A DNA stretch of 64,000 nucleotides, taken from assembly GCA_965219095.1 (NCBI GenBank), contig CBDCMT010000001.1, forward strand, positions 1,632,001 through 1,696,000, written 5' to 3'. This stretch comes from Bdellovibrionales bacterium (GTDB lineage Bacteria; Bdellovibrionota; Bdellovibrionia; Bdellovibrionales; UBA1609). Below the pieces are notes generated by a model. It had not been told where the DNA came from. It did not search any database and saw nothing but the letters and a program-made list of their open reading frames with translations. Positions 29,276 to 39,785 of the stretch are shown piece after piece. The position numbers and the translations under genes were made by a program. Within the stretch, counting starts at the first letter, position 1. Each line of letters opens with the position of its first letter.

Positions 29276-29875
29276 CTAGAAATTAAAAAGAAGACCTATA
29301 GAAGTGTAAAACCCTTTAAACTCACCTTCTGAAATCAAGTGTACATGACCTGTATAACCTGTTTCCACAAATGTTCCCACTGATCCAAAGACTTCAAAAA
29401 ATCTAAGACCTGCAAACAAATGATAATTAAGGGCTAGAAAAGACTTATCCTTCACTTGAGATAAAATAGCACCTAAACCAAATCCTCCTCCTAGGTAGAG
29501 AGGAAAGCGACCTTGAGTTGAAGGAATTAAAAATAGAGGGGATAAGGAGAATTGCTTAGGAGAATCTTTGGGTAAGTTATAGTTTGTATAATTAAAGCGA
29601 ATTAACATGTCCATAATATGAAGCCATTCCCCTAAGAGGTAAGTCATTCCTAAGAGTATTTTTCCTTTGTTACTCTCCTCTGTATCTGACCAACGAGTGG
29701 CTGTATCTTTCAAGAAAAGCCCCATATGAAGAGCAAAAAAATACCTCGATTGTAAATGTGCATTATTCACAGCTCTAGCCTTAAAATAACTGTCAGAAAC
29801 TTCTGTCCCTACTTCTTCAACAGCCCAGACCTTAAAACTCAATAAACAGAAGATAAGAAGTAAAAAATACCTCAT
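29276..29875 (-). CDS. Outer-membrane beta-barrel protein
   Basis: Signal peptide, amphipathic strands (PLYLGGGFGLG), C-terminal Phe. Confidence 0.65.
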   Translation of the reverse strand: MRYFLLLIFCLLSFKVWAVEEVGTEVSDSYFKARAVNNAHLQSRYFFALHMGLFLKDTATRWSDTEESNKGKILLGMTYLLGEWLHIMDMLIRFNYTNYNLPKDSPKQFSLSPLFLIPSTQGRFPLYLGGGFGLGAILSQVKDKSFLALNYHLFAGLRFFEVFGSVGTFVETGYTGHVHLISEGEFKGFYTSIGLLFNF

Positions 29876-29971
29876 ATTTTATAAATGACATTATTTCAGG
29901 TAAAAGTCCTTTTATGACTTTATGAGTCAAACTCTTTACTCTTAGCACAATTAGGTTTAGTCATGTAATCT

Positions 29972-30391
29972 ATGGTTTTTTATCGGAGAAAAGCTAGAGA
30001 AATGACTCTACAGATTCTTTTTCAAAAAGAGTTTACTGACACAAAATGGAATGTATCTTTGGATTATTTTGTGAAAAAACTAAAGATTCATAAAAAAACA
30101 TCAGAGTACGCTCAAGTTCTTTTAACTCAAATCTTAAAAAACCAAGACATACTTAATGAAATCATTACCAAAGCCTCTTACTCTTGGAAACTTCACAGAA
30201 TGTCTCTTATTGATTTAAATATTCTACGTATGTCAATTTCTGAATTGATTTATTTTAAAGAAGAAATAGCTCCTCAAATTGTTATCAATGAAGCTATTGA
30301 AATTGCTAAGAAGTACGGAACAAAAAAATCTCATGTATTTATTAATGGCATCTTAGACCGAATATACAAACAAGATTCTCTTTGTATATGA
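29972..30391 (+). CDS. nusB: Transcription antitermination factor NusB
   Basis: RRKAREMTLQILFQ, WKLHRMSLIDLNILR, VINEAIEIAKKYG..SHVFINGILD. Confidence 0.93.
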   Translation: MVFYRRKAREMTLQILFQKEFTDTKWNVSLDYFVKKLKIHKKTSEYAQVLLTQILKNQDILNEIITKASYSWKLHRMSLIDLNILRMSISELIYFKEEIAPQIVINEAIEIAKKYGTKKSHVFINGILDRIYKQDSLCI

Positions 30392-30768
30392 AAGACTTTG
30401 TACATCTTCCTTCATCTCAAGCTCTTATTCATGGTTGTGATCTTTGGGTTTTACCTCCACCTAAGGAAAGTCTTTGGACTAAAGAGATTGATTTTTATTT
30501 AAATTTTCAAATTTCTAAGACCTTTGATCCAAAAACTCCCCTTCTTATACTATCTTTAAATCGACTTCCCTCAAAAAAAAATATTGTTTTTTCTTTCTTT
30601 TCAAATGGATCTGAAATTATCTATAAAAAATGGCTTCACTTGCAAAAACCTTCTATGAGAATTTTCCTTCCCTTTTTTTTGACCTTTAAAGATGTTTTTG
30701 GCTTATTTTCACACTTTCACTTTAAAATACAGTTCGTAGAAGAGAAAAAAGACTGTGAAAAAAGATAG
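30382..30768 (+). CDS. Hypothetical protein
   Basis: ORF overlaps both neighbours within the nusB operon. Confidence 0.55.
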   Translation: MYMKDFVHLPSSQALIHGCDLWVLPPPKESLWTKEIDFYLNFQISKTFDPKTPLLILSLNRLPSKKNIVFSFFSNGSEIIYKKWLHLQKPSMRIFLPFFLTFKDVFGLFSHFHFKIQFVEEKKDCEKR

Positions 30769-31603
30769 ACAAAAAAATCTTTTTATTGTTTCTGACGGAA
30801 CAGGGGAAACGGCTGGTTCTATGACACGAGCTGCTCTTATACAATTTCTCTCTCCTCAAGTGAAAATCGTTCGTTATAAAAATGTGAGAACGACTGAAAA
30901 AATTGAAGCTCTCATTAAAGAAGCTCTTTTTGAAAAGGGATTGATCATTTATACTATTGCTAAAAACAAAATAAGGGATGAGTTAATAAGAAAATGTAAG
31001 AAGCATAAAATTCCTTTTGTCGATCTTTTAGGCCCTCTTCTAGAAAATTTAAAACGTTATTTAGGTACAGAATTAAAAAAGGATATACAGTCAGGATTAC
31101 TTCACAACGTAGATGAAAAATACTTTAAAAGGATTGAGGCTATCGAATATACCGTACGTCATGATGACGGCAATCTTCCAGAGGGTTTAAAAGATTCTGA
31201 TCTTGTCCTTGTAGGAATCAGCCGTACATCTAAAACTCCTCTCTCTATTTTTTTAAGCCATAAGGGTTGGAAGGTTGCCAACATTCCTTTAGTTTTTAAC
31301 ACTCCTTTACCTAAAGAGCTTTATGCAATCGATCAAAAAAGAATTGTGGGCCTCATAATCGATCCTGATGCTTTATATAAAATTCGTACAAAGAGAATAC
31401 AGAAGTTCAAAAAAACACCTTCTAATGATTATGCTGATTTAAGATACATACAAAAAGAAATGGATTATGCTTTAAGTATTTTTTCAAGAAACAGAAAATG
31501 GCCTGTGTTCAATGTTACAGATAGGGCTCTAGAGGAAACAGCTAGTGAAATTCTTTCTGTTATTTCAGAAAGATTAAATTTGGATTCTGACAATCTTCTA
31601 TAA
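30755..31603 (+). CDS. PPDK/PEP synthase regulatory kinase-pyrophosphorylase (DUF299)
   Basis: VSDGTGETA, YFKRIEAIEYTVRHDDG, GISRTSKTPLS, KVANIPL. Confidence 0.93.
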   Translation: MKKDRQKNLFIVSDGTGETAGSMTRAALIQFLSPQVKIVRYKNVRTTEKIEALIKEALFEKGLIIYTIAKNKIRDELIRKCKKHKIPFVDLLGPLLENLKRYLGTELKKDIQSGLLHNVDEKYFKRIEAIEYTVRHDDGNLPEGLKDSDLVLVGISRTSKTPLSIFLSHKGWKVANIPLVFNTPLPKELYAIDQKRIVGLIIDPDALYKIRTKRIQKFKKTPSNDYADLRYIQKEMDYALSIFSRNRKWPVFNVTDRALEETASEILSVISERLNLDSDNLL

Positions 31604-31747
31604 AAGCGTGTCTTTACTTATTTGTTAAAAATAGGCTTGCTAAAGGGCCTATAATTTGTCTCAAGAAGTCCTGCCTTCTATTTTAAGGATTATTATGATG
31701 TCTTATACTGGTAGCCTGTTCTTTCTATTTACCGAAAAGAACTTTTA

Positions 31748-32728
31748 TCAATAAGAAACCTTGTTACGTCCGCCTTCTTTAGATTGATAGAGATAAGAAT
31801 CAGCCCTATCAAACATATCTTTCCACTCTTTATCTTCTGGCTTCATATCAGTTACACCAAAGGACACTGTTATAGAAAACTCTTTATCTTGAAATTTAAA
31901 AATATGATTTTGAACCAGAGTTCTCATCTTTTCAGCTTTTTTCACGGCTTGCTCTAAGCTAGTTCCTGTCAAGAGAATACAGAACTCTTCTCCTCCGAAG
32001 CGAGCAAAGAAATCATTCGAACGAATCAATTCAGAAGAGATCACACGACAGGTTTCTTTGAGAACATAATCACCTATTGTATGCCCATAATTATCATTGA
32101 TAGACTTAAAATGATCCAAATCAAATATGATCAAACAAAAACACATACCTAAACGACGTGCTTTCTTAAACTCTTCAGGAGCTTGAGATGAAAAAGCACC
32201 CTTATTGTAAACTTTTGTGAGAGGATCAAACAAACTTTTCCTGAAAGCTTTTGAAGCAGATATGTTCTCAACATTTCCACGCTCTAAAAATTTCAAAATC
32301 ACATTGCCAATTTTAATTTGATCATTGTTTTCTAATTTATTTTTTGCAAGAGGTATAAGCCCTTTTCCGTTAATGAATGTTTTATTTGTCGCCTCTAAAT
32401 CTTGAATAAAAATATTTTCATCTTCTACAAAAATTTTTGCATGAGATTTACTAACACTAGGCTCTCGTATAAGGATGTGGCTCATAGAAGCACGTCCTAT
32501 AATCATCTGATCATTTTGTAAAGACCATTGTTTTCCTATATTTTCTACAGGACCTACAAGTAAAACTAAAGAAGAAGGAACTTTATTAAGTTCTTCCATT
32601 TTAATTCCTTGATGAGAAATAATCTGAGTTTGCTCTATAGCACTTTCTGTTTGTGGCTCATCAAATTCATTTTCATCTATTTTTTTCTCCTTCTCTTCAG
32701 TAAAAATTTGTTTTTTTCTTTGTTTCAT
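31748..32728 (-). CDS. FHA-GGDEF diguanylate cyclase (Bdellovibrio DgcB-like)
   Basis: FHA motifs IGR..SVSKSHA..DLEATNKTFING; GGEEF active site; RSND I-site; disordered N-tail with EQTQII. Confidence 0.88.
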   Translation of the reverse strand: MKQRKKQIFTEEKEKKIDENEFDEPQTESAIEQTQIISHQGIKMEELNKVPSSLVLLVGPVENIGKQWSLQNDQMIIGRASMSHILIREPSVSKSHAKIFVEDENIFIQDLEATNKTFINGKGLIPLAKNKLENNDQIKIGNVILKFLERGNVENISASKAFRKSLFDPLTKVYNKGAFSSQAPEEFKKARRLGMCFCLIIFDLDHFKSINDNYGHTIGDYVLKETCRVISSELIRSNDFFARFGGEEFCILLTGTSLEQAVKKAEKMRTLVQNHIFKFQDKEFSITVSFGVTDMKPEDKEWKDMFDRADSYLYQSKEGGRNKVSY

Positions 32729-32758
32729 ATTCGTTCCTCTTTACCTTATATTTATATT

Positions 32759-33934
32759 TTAAAAGATTGAGACATTTTCTTCAACAGAATGATGACCATG
32801 CCACTCTTTTAGACATCCTACTGGTCTTTCGGATAAGTCATGATAGGACAATAAAACATACGTTAGTTTAGTTATTTTTCCTAAAGAGTCTAGGTCTAGA
32901 GAGGTTAAATCAGTCCAAGTTCCTGTGTTAAAATATTCTTTGTTAGGTTCAATCTGTCTGTGTTTATAGACATGGGTATGTCCAAAAATTATTGTATGAG
33001 CTTTTGTTTCATCTAAGATTCTTTTTGCTGCACTACTTAAATCAGGAAACACAGCACTTTCCAAGAAAACTCTCAAAATTTTTCTAGCGGATAAAAATTT
33101 TGAATCTCCTCTATAGAAGACAAACTTCAATAGATACAAAATCATTGTAAAAAGAGCACTGATTGTAGCAAAGGTGTTATGATAAAGGGACCACCTAAAA
33201 AGACTTTTAAAAGGTCTTACTTTATCAATATTAGGAAAAGTTTTTTTCACTTTCAAAACAAATTCAAGAAAAAAAATCGATCCAAAACAAAGATTTAAAA
33301 CAGGCTCAGGAAGGTTTTTTCTAATAAAGAATTTTTTAGGGTTCATACGATTAGCAGCTTCATACATATGTCCATGTTCAATATGAACACCATCGAAAGA
33401 GTAAACGATGTTTTTATATTGGATGTCATTACCCACAGCTTTATTAAGACATTCTCTTACACCAGGCCAAAGGACCCCCTGGTCATGGTTTCCTACAATA
33501 TATGTAATTTGATTTCCCTTTTTTTGTAAGAATTTTTTTAGAGCTCTAAAAAATACAGGATGACCTTTAATGATTCTTTGAGTTTTTTCGATGGATATAG
33601 ACTCTGTGATCATAGACACAAAGTGGGAGCGATAATCAACTTGTAATAAATTCAAAATGTCACCATTTAGGATCAATTCACAATTATAATTTTCATATTT
33701 GTTTGAAGTATAATAAATGAGAAGCTCAGAGAATTTCTCATCAAAGTAGAACTCTTCAAACATGTTCACATGACCGCCCTCTAAAATACGGCCTAAACCT
33801 AAGTGTAGATCGCTTACAATGAGTTTTATCTTCTTTTTTTTCTTGGATGTTTTTTGAGAAGATTTTTTGAAAATTTGTGTTGCATCACTCAAGGTCCTCT
33901 TCTCCTGAAACTTTTTGGTAACTTGTCTTGTCAT
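32759..33934 (-). CDS. Calcineurin-like metallophosphoesterase
   Basis: SDLHLG, NGD, GNHD, EHGH and GHTH motifs. Confidence 0.85.
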   Translation of the reverse strand: MTRQVTKKFQEKRTLSDATQIFKKSSQKTSKKKKKIKLIVSDLHLGLGRILEGGHVNMFEEFYFDEKFSELLIYYTSNKYENYNCELILNGDILNLLQVDYRSHFVSMITESISIEKTQRIIKGHPVFFRALKKFLQKKGNQITYIVGNHDQGVLWPGVRECLNKAVGNDIQYKNIVYSFDGVHIEHGHMYEAANRMNPKKFFIRKNLPEPVLNLCFGSIFFLEFVLKVKKTFPNIDKVRPFKSLFRWSLYHNTFATISALFTMILYLLKFVFYRGDSKFLSARKILRVFLESAVFPDLSSAAKRILDETKAHTIIFGHTHVYKHRQIEPNKEYFNTGTWTDLTSLDLDSLGKITKLTYVLLSYHDLSERPVGCLKEWHGHHSVEENVSIF

Positions 33935-35198
33935 TCTGATTCGTAGGGGATTTGTAATCTTCTTCTTTTAGGTCTGAGGCCTTTTCATTTTGAGTCACTT
34001 TATCATCAATTAATTCTAAATGTCCCTTCCCATGACCACTACCTTCAATCATAGCTAAAGAAAGTTTTAAAGCTTTTTTTATTTTTAAAACTAAAGAAGT
34101 CTTTTGAAGAATCTTTTCATTGAATTCTTTGGCTTGTAATCGGAAATTATTCATCTCAATTTCATTGTTCTCAACCTTCTTTTTCAATTCTAAAATAATA
34201 TCATTTTTATCTCTCAAAAGGGCTTCCTTTTCTCTTTTAGAAATTTCGAGAAGATTCTCAAGTTCTCTTTCTCTTATACGTATTTTTTGAACACTAAAAC
34301 TTACTCTCATGTTCATTTCTGAGTTTTTAAGATTTAAGTCCTCAATAATTTTATCTTTTTCTATAATAGAGCTTTTAAGTAGCTGCCTTTCTTTTTCTGC
34401 AATTACCTCTGAGCTTTCTAACTTCTCTTTCAGCTCTTGGTGAGAAGAAAGAAGTTTAGAGTTTCTTCGTTTAAGAGTCTCTCCTGCGGTGATAAGCTTT
34501 TCAATATTGATACGTAAATTCTGAACTTCATCTTCTAAATCAGAAATACGTCTTTGAGCTATACTAAGATTTTCTGATTGAATCAGAATAGGGTCTATTT
34601 GGGCTTTACTTTGATTGGGTTTTCTAGGATCTTCAAAATCATTATTTAAGCCACTTTCTATATGAAGGTCGGACTTTTTTTTATTAAGCAGATGAGTCTG
34701 ATCTATATTTTTTTCTAACACAGAGGATATTTTTTTTGTGTTCTGATGCTCTAAATCACTTAACTCAACTACCTTATGGTTTTTTTCTGAAAGTTCTTGT
34801 TCTAAAGAAAACTTTTCTTTAAGAGAATCATCTACTGCTTTTTGTTTATTTTTCAGAAAGACCTCTCCGGGAAATTCCTCTTTTTTATGAGAATCATTTT
34901 CTTGTTCTAGTTTATGTTTTTCATCTAAACCACTGATCTCACCCTGGATATCCTGGATATTCTGTTCTCCCTCTACCTTAAGCTCTTGAAGACTTTCGAA
35001 GTCTTTATTTTGTTTTAAATTCAAATTTTCAACTGAGAGTTCTCTGTCTTCTAGTTCGACTTGATCAGGAAATTCAAGCTGGAATAAGGAATCTTCCTCA
35101 AGAATACTCTGAGCTTTAGGAACGTCTTTTCCTTCTTTCTGTGAAGCCAAAAGTTGGGACTCCTCTTCTAAAAAGGTCTTATCTTTTTTATCACTCAT
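33885..35198 (-). CDS. Coiled-coil protein with acidic disordered N-terminus
   Basis: Long heptad region (QSENLSIAQRRISDLEDEV...IRIRERELENLLE); start placed at MSDKK just downstream of the sigma28 motif. Confidence 0.75.
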   Translation of the reverse strand: MSDKKDKTFLEEESQLLASQKEGKDVPKAQSILEEDSLFQLEFPDQVELEDRELSVENLNLKQNKDFESLQELKVEGEQNIQDIQGEISGLDEKHKLEQENDSHKKEEFPGEVFLKNKQKAVDDSLKEKFSLEQELSEKNHKVVELSDLEHQNTKKISSVLEKNIDQTHLLNKKKSDLHIESGLNNDFEDPRKPNQSKAQIDPILIQSENLSIAQRRISDLEDEVQNLRINIEKLITAGETLKRRNSKLLSSHQELKEKLESSEVIAEKERQLLKSSIIEKDKIIEDLNLKNSEMNMRVSFSVQKIRIRERELENLLEISKREKEALLRDKNDIILELKKKVENNEIEMNNFRLQAKEFNEKILQKTSLVLKIKKALKLSLAMIEGSGHGKGHLELIDDKVTQNEKASDLKEEDYKSPTNQNDKTSYQKVSGEEDLE

Positions 35199-35206
35199 CA
35201 AAAACC

Positions 35207-35233
35207 TTATCGTCATTTTGATTTAAATTCTTA
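35207..35233 (-). promoter_or_regulatory. Putative sigma28 (FliA) promoter of the coiled-coil/phosphoesterase/DgcB-like operon
   Basis: Minus strand TAAG-N15-GACGATAA. Confidence 0.55.
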
Positions 35234-35374
35234 AAAGAAGAGCCAATCCTTTAGTCTAGTTCAGTTTAATTTTTTTGCTTAGGAATGCAACTTTTTGAAG
35301 AAATTCTGTACTCTCTTGTTTTCTACAATCTGAATTGAAATAGAACCATTTTTTCTTGGAATCTTTTTTACAAA

Positions 35375-35536
35375 CATATTTAAATGTTAAAAGAAATTTC
35401 CAGCCCTGAAAAGACCTCAAAAAAAGATTTCTGACACTACAAATGCACTTTCTGGAAAAATACCACCCAACTCTGTTCTAAACATAGCTCGCACACTTTT
35501 ATGAAGTTTTAGTAGTGGAAAACGCTGAAGTCGGGA
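35375..35536 (+). repeat. 162-bp repeat, copy 1 (probable IS right-end remnant)
   Basis: Near-identical to 39436-39597; ends ...cgctgaagtcggg. Confidence 0.8.
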
Positions 35537-35733
35537 CGTGCAACAAAGCCCTTTTATACTGTCAATTTCATCATCTTGAAATTCTGTGTCAGAAAGAACT
35601 TTTTGAGCCGTAAACTGTCTGTCATCTTCTATATCTGCAAAAGAAGCCGGACAAAGGACTCAATTTTTTATGATAAGGCTCGGTTTTGTTTTTTTCTTCT
35701 TTTTTAGAGTTTTTTACCACTCATCCATCATTT

Positions 35734-35982
35734 TTAATTCACAGGTTCCTCTAAAATGGTTTTCTCAGCTTTAAATTGATTTGCTAGCTTTTGAGCTTTT
35801 AAAATTTGCGAGGAAGTCATTTTATCTTCTAGATCATGTAGCCATCTTCCTAAAATCGCTTCTAATTCGCCATGTGCTTGAGCTTTTGAGAAAATAAACC
35901 ATATATAAGCTATGGTGTAATCCTTTAAAACGCCTTTTCCCTCATAATACATCACACCAAGTTTATATTGAGCTTTTACATC
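35734..35982 (-). pseudogene. Sel1-like repeat protein, 3' remnant truncated by IS66
   Basis: DVKAQYKLGVMYYEGKGVLKDYTIAYIWF...MTSSQILKAQKLA; upstream sequence replaced by the IS end at 35983. Confidence 0.75.
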
Positions 35983-37901
35983 GTAAGTCGGTTTTTTAAC
36001 AGCCCTTGACTTCTACTGAGGAGGATATTTCTTAGATTTTAAAGGAGAAGTTTTTATTGATCTTGTTGTAAAACGGTGTTGTAAGACGTTTTCCTAAGGC
36101 CTTCCCCGTTACAAAAGTATTAGAGAAGTTCTTAAAAGAATAATTCTTAGTTTTTTTTCGTAATTTTGATTTTTTTTGTGCTTTATTCTTTAAGAACGAA
36201 GCTCACTTGTATACTCAAAAGGCGTTTTAATAAGCATCTTATCGAGGGAGTTTCCCACAACCATTAAAATATAGTCCTTAGGATCTAATTCCACCTTCTT
36301 ACAACTTTCCACAATACTGTAAAGTACTGATGCTGTTTCAGCTCCTCTCTGAGTCCTTGACCCATGAAAGTTCTTTCTTCCCATCACAGAATGTCGAATC
36401 GTTCTTTCTGCTTCATTGTTTGTCATAGGAATTTTCTCATTTTCTAAGAATAAATTTAAGCCATCCCAGTGATTAAAGCTATAATCAATAGCCTTTTTTA
36501 ACCCACTCTCAGGACGAGCTTCTCCATAAAGTTTATAATACAGATCTTGCAGAGAAAGAACTAAATCCTTTGATTCTGTTTGTCTTAAACTTTTGAGCTC
36601 TTCATAAGTTTTTGCCTTTGATTCAACTTTAAAAATCTCCTCCATAAGCTTTAATACTTTTCCACACTCCTCAGGGTAATTCTGTTCTATGTCAATAAAC
36701 TTTCTTATCACTGAGACCAACAAAAAGCAAGATCAATTCCCTTTTCACCCTTAAAATGTGTTTTATAACTAACGTATCCATCTGTTAAAATAGGCCCCTT
36801 ATAACCCGAGTTTCGACTTTTTTCAGGGCTAAAGGCTAGCTGATATCAACAAACACCTCAGACCTTTGTAAGATTTTCTTGAAGAAGCAACTTACAAGGA
36901 AAAACACCTTGAGAGTTGCAAAAAACATACAAGGAGGTCTAAGATGTTTAATTCTAATTATATCATATCAATTTATGTTCTTGTCGATGATTTTTTAACC
37001 CCTCTCATACAGCAGCATCCAGAACTAGTTTCCAAAAATAAAAGAGGTTTTTCTTGTGCTATGTCTCCCAGCGAAATTGTCACTCTTTATCTTACTTTTC
37101 CAAAGTTCTGGCTTTAGGAATTTTAAAGCCTTTTACCAGTTTGCAAAAGTCTATCTTAAATCTTATTTTCCTAAAATGTTGTCTTACTCCCGATTTGTGA
37201 ACATCAAAAAAGACATGGCTTTTTTGATGTTTCTTTTCTCGACAAGCCTTATGAGTAAAACCACCGGCATATCATTTATTGATTCCACATCGATTTTTCT
37301 TCAAAAATAAAAGAATAGGACGAAATAAAGTGTTCTAAAAGTTAGCTAAAAAGAGGCAAAAGTAGTATGGGCTGGTTCTTCGGATTTAAACTCCATATTG
37401 TTATCAATCACCTCGGAGAACTTTTAAGTTTTACCTTAACTCAGGGAAATGTAGATGATCGAAAGCCTGTTATAGGTTTGTGTAAAGGGCTGGTGGGGAA
37501 ACTCTTTGGAGACAAAGGTTATATTTCATCAGACCTTTTCAAAAAGCTTTTAAAAAAGGGAGTTAAGCTTATTACAAACGTCAAATTAAATATGAAGAAT
37601 AAATTGATTCCCTTATTTGACAAGTTGATGTTGAAAAAACGTTCTGTTGTGGAAACAGTGATTGGAGTGTTAAAAGGAGAGTTTCATCTTGAGCATTCTC
37701 GCCATCGTAGCCCACAAAACTTTGTCATCAATCTTTTAGGTACTCTCATCTCCTATTGTTTAAAACCTAAAAAACCCTCCATTCAACTTAAAACTCAAGA
37801 ACAGGGGCCTCTGAGCAATATATAAAAGTCGAAACTCGGGTTTATAAGACCCCAAGAGTTCTTTAACAGAACAAGCTGAACGGCTCTCACTAAAGTAATA
37901 A
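35983..37901 (-). mobile_element. IS66 type B 3' part (TnpC C-terminus), interrupted by IS982
   Basis: gtaagtcgg end; ORF 36190-36723 TNNEAERTIRHSVMGRKNF; upstream frame ..ILTDGY..CWS continues across the IS982 to 37901. Confidence 0.85.
36804..37841 (+). mobile_element. IS982 family element; transposase frameshifted (36944-37825)
   Basis: TIRs acccgagtttcgacttt / aaagtcgaaactcgggt; 5-bp TTATA duplication; IDST, GWFFGFKLH, GDKGYIS, KRSVVETV motifs. Confidence 0.9.
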
Positions 37902-39435
37902 GTAACTGCTCACCTACATTGTTCAGTTATCCCTAACTTTAGACCTGTTTTTAAGATAAAAGTCTTGCTCTTACAGATTTTCTTTTAAATACTCTTTTCA
38001 AATGACAATAAATAAGACCTCCATCAGAAATGAGATTGAAAATATAAGAAGTGACTTTGATAAGTTTGCAAAGAAAGGTTCTGTGCCTACTGAGATTTCT
38101 GTGATTGTTGAATCTCTCTTTAAGGTTGTGAACATTCTGATTGTTGTGCTTTTAGAAAAACAGGTTCGAAAAAATTCCAGCAACAGCGGTCTTCCTCCTT
38201 CGCAAGATTTTAGTCGTCAAGGGAATCGTAATAAGAAAGCTAGTGGGAGTCAGAAAAAGGGCTCTAGACTTGATAACAGTAAAGATACAAACAGTGAGGA
38301 GACTGTCTTTCCCTCAGAGTGTTCTCAGTGTGGGATGTGTTTAAAGACAGCAGAGGTAAAAAGCCTTGAGAAGCGTAAAAAGATTGATATTTTTTATGAA
38401 ATTCAGACCCATACTGTAACTTCTGAAGTTAAGGATTGTCCCTCATGTGGAGCTAGAAATAAAGGTCAATTCCCTAAAGGTATGAGTGGTCCTCTTCAGT
38501 ATGGTATAGGCATTAGAGCTTCCATCATCAATTTCATTATAGTTCAGATGCTGTCTTTTAGAGCGTGTTGGGGAACATTACATGGGGCTTATAGGTCGAA
38601 TGATTTCTCCTGCAGTTATGTTGAGATACATTGCTGAATTAGGAGAGTTTCTTAAAAGTTGGGAAGAGCAGATGAAAGAAAAGATACTTGAATCAGAGGT
38701 CATTCATGTTGATGAGACCTCTATGAGGGTTAAGGGTAAAAACTACTGGATTCATACTTATAGTTCAGGAGAATTAGTCTTGCAGTTTCTCCACCTTTCA
38801 GGTGGAAGGGAAGCCATAAAAGATATTGGTCTCTTGGATAGATATGGAGGAGTGCTTGTGCATGATTGTTGGAGTCCTTACTTTTGTTATGATAAGATAA
38901 CTCATGCTTTGTGTGTGGCTCACCTTTTGAGAGAGCTTAAATTTATAGAAGAAAGCAATGGATTCAAATGGGCTACAAATCTCAAAAAACTTCTTAAAGA
39001 GACTGTGGAGTTAGTTCATAAAAAAGAGTCAAGAGTTCTGACTCAAAAAGAGTACGAAACTCTTCAGAGAAGGTATAGGAGTATTCTTACAAAAGGCTTA
39101 AAAGAGCTTCCAGAATTTCCTAAGAAAAATGGCAAGAAAGGACGAATAAAGCATACACAAGCTCAGAACCTTTGGCTGCGATTTAAAAAGTATGAAGCAG
39201 AAATACTGTGTTTTGCTAAAAGAAAGAACGTAGATCCTACTAATAACAGAGCTGAAAGAGATCTAAGAATGACTAAAGTGAAAAAGAAAGTGTCAGGGTG
39301 TTTCAGAACAGAAGAAATGGCGAAATATTTTTGTCGCATTACCAGCTATGTTAAAACAATGAGAAATAAAGGGTATTCTTCTTTAGAAGCCATCTCTATG
39401 GCTTTAAATAAAAACTTACGAGAGTGAGCAGTTAC
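37902..39435 (+). mobile_element. IS66 type A (ISBst12-like single-ORF) element, one frameshift
   Basis: TIRs gtaactgctcac / gtgagcagttac; ORFs 38002-38637 (zinc-finger CxxC) and 38582-39427 (HVDET, HDCW, CVAHLLREL, TNNRAERDLR); no target duplication. Confidence 0.9.
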
Positions 39436-39597
39436 CATATTTAAATGTTAAAAGAAATTTCCAGCCTTGAAAAGACCTCAAAAAAAGATTTCTGACACTA
39501 CAAATGCACTGTCTGGAAAAATACCCCCCAACTCTGTTCTAAACATAGCTCGCACACTTTTATGAAGTTTTAGTAGTGGAAAACGCTGAAGTCGGGA
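39436..39597 (+). repeat. 162-bp repeat, copy 2
   Basis: Near-identical to 35375-35536. Confidence 0.8.
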
Positions 39598-39785
39598 AAA
39601 AAAGTCCACTATTCGACTCATACTACATTGTCTTCTATCTAAACTGAAAATTGACTGTCCGCAGAAACAGGGGAAGTTCACCCTGGCCTATCAATAATTC
39701 GCAGCAAAAAGATGGCTATATGTTTGTTATAAGTCATCAGGGAGGAAGTTTTTATTATTTGTTTCATTAAGATTTTGAAAAAAAT

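Noticed and set aside
13895..31603. ppdK and its regulator as one disrupted operon
   Set aside because: Opposite strands with several housekeeping genes between them; no evidence of former adjacency
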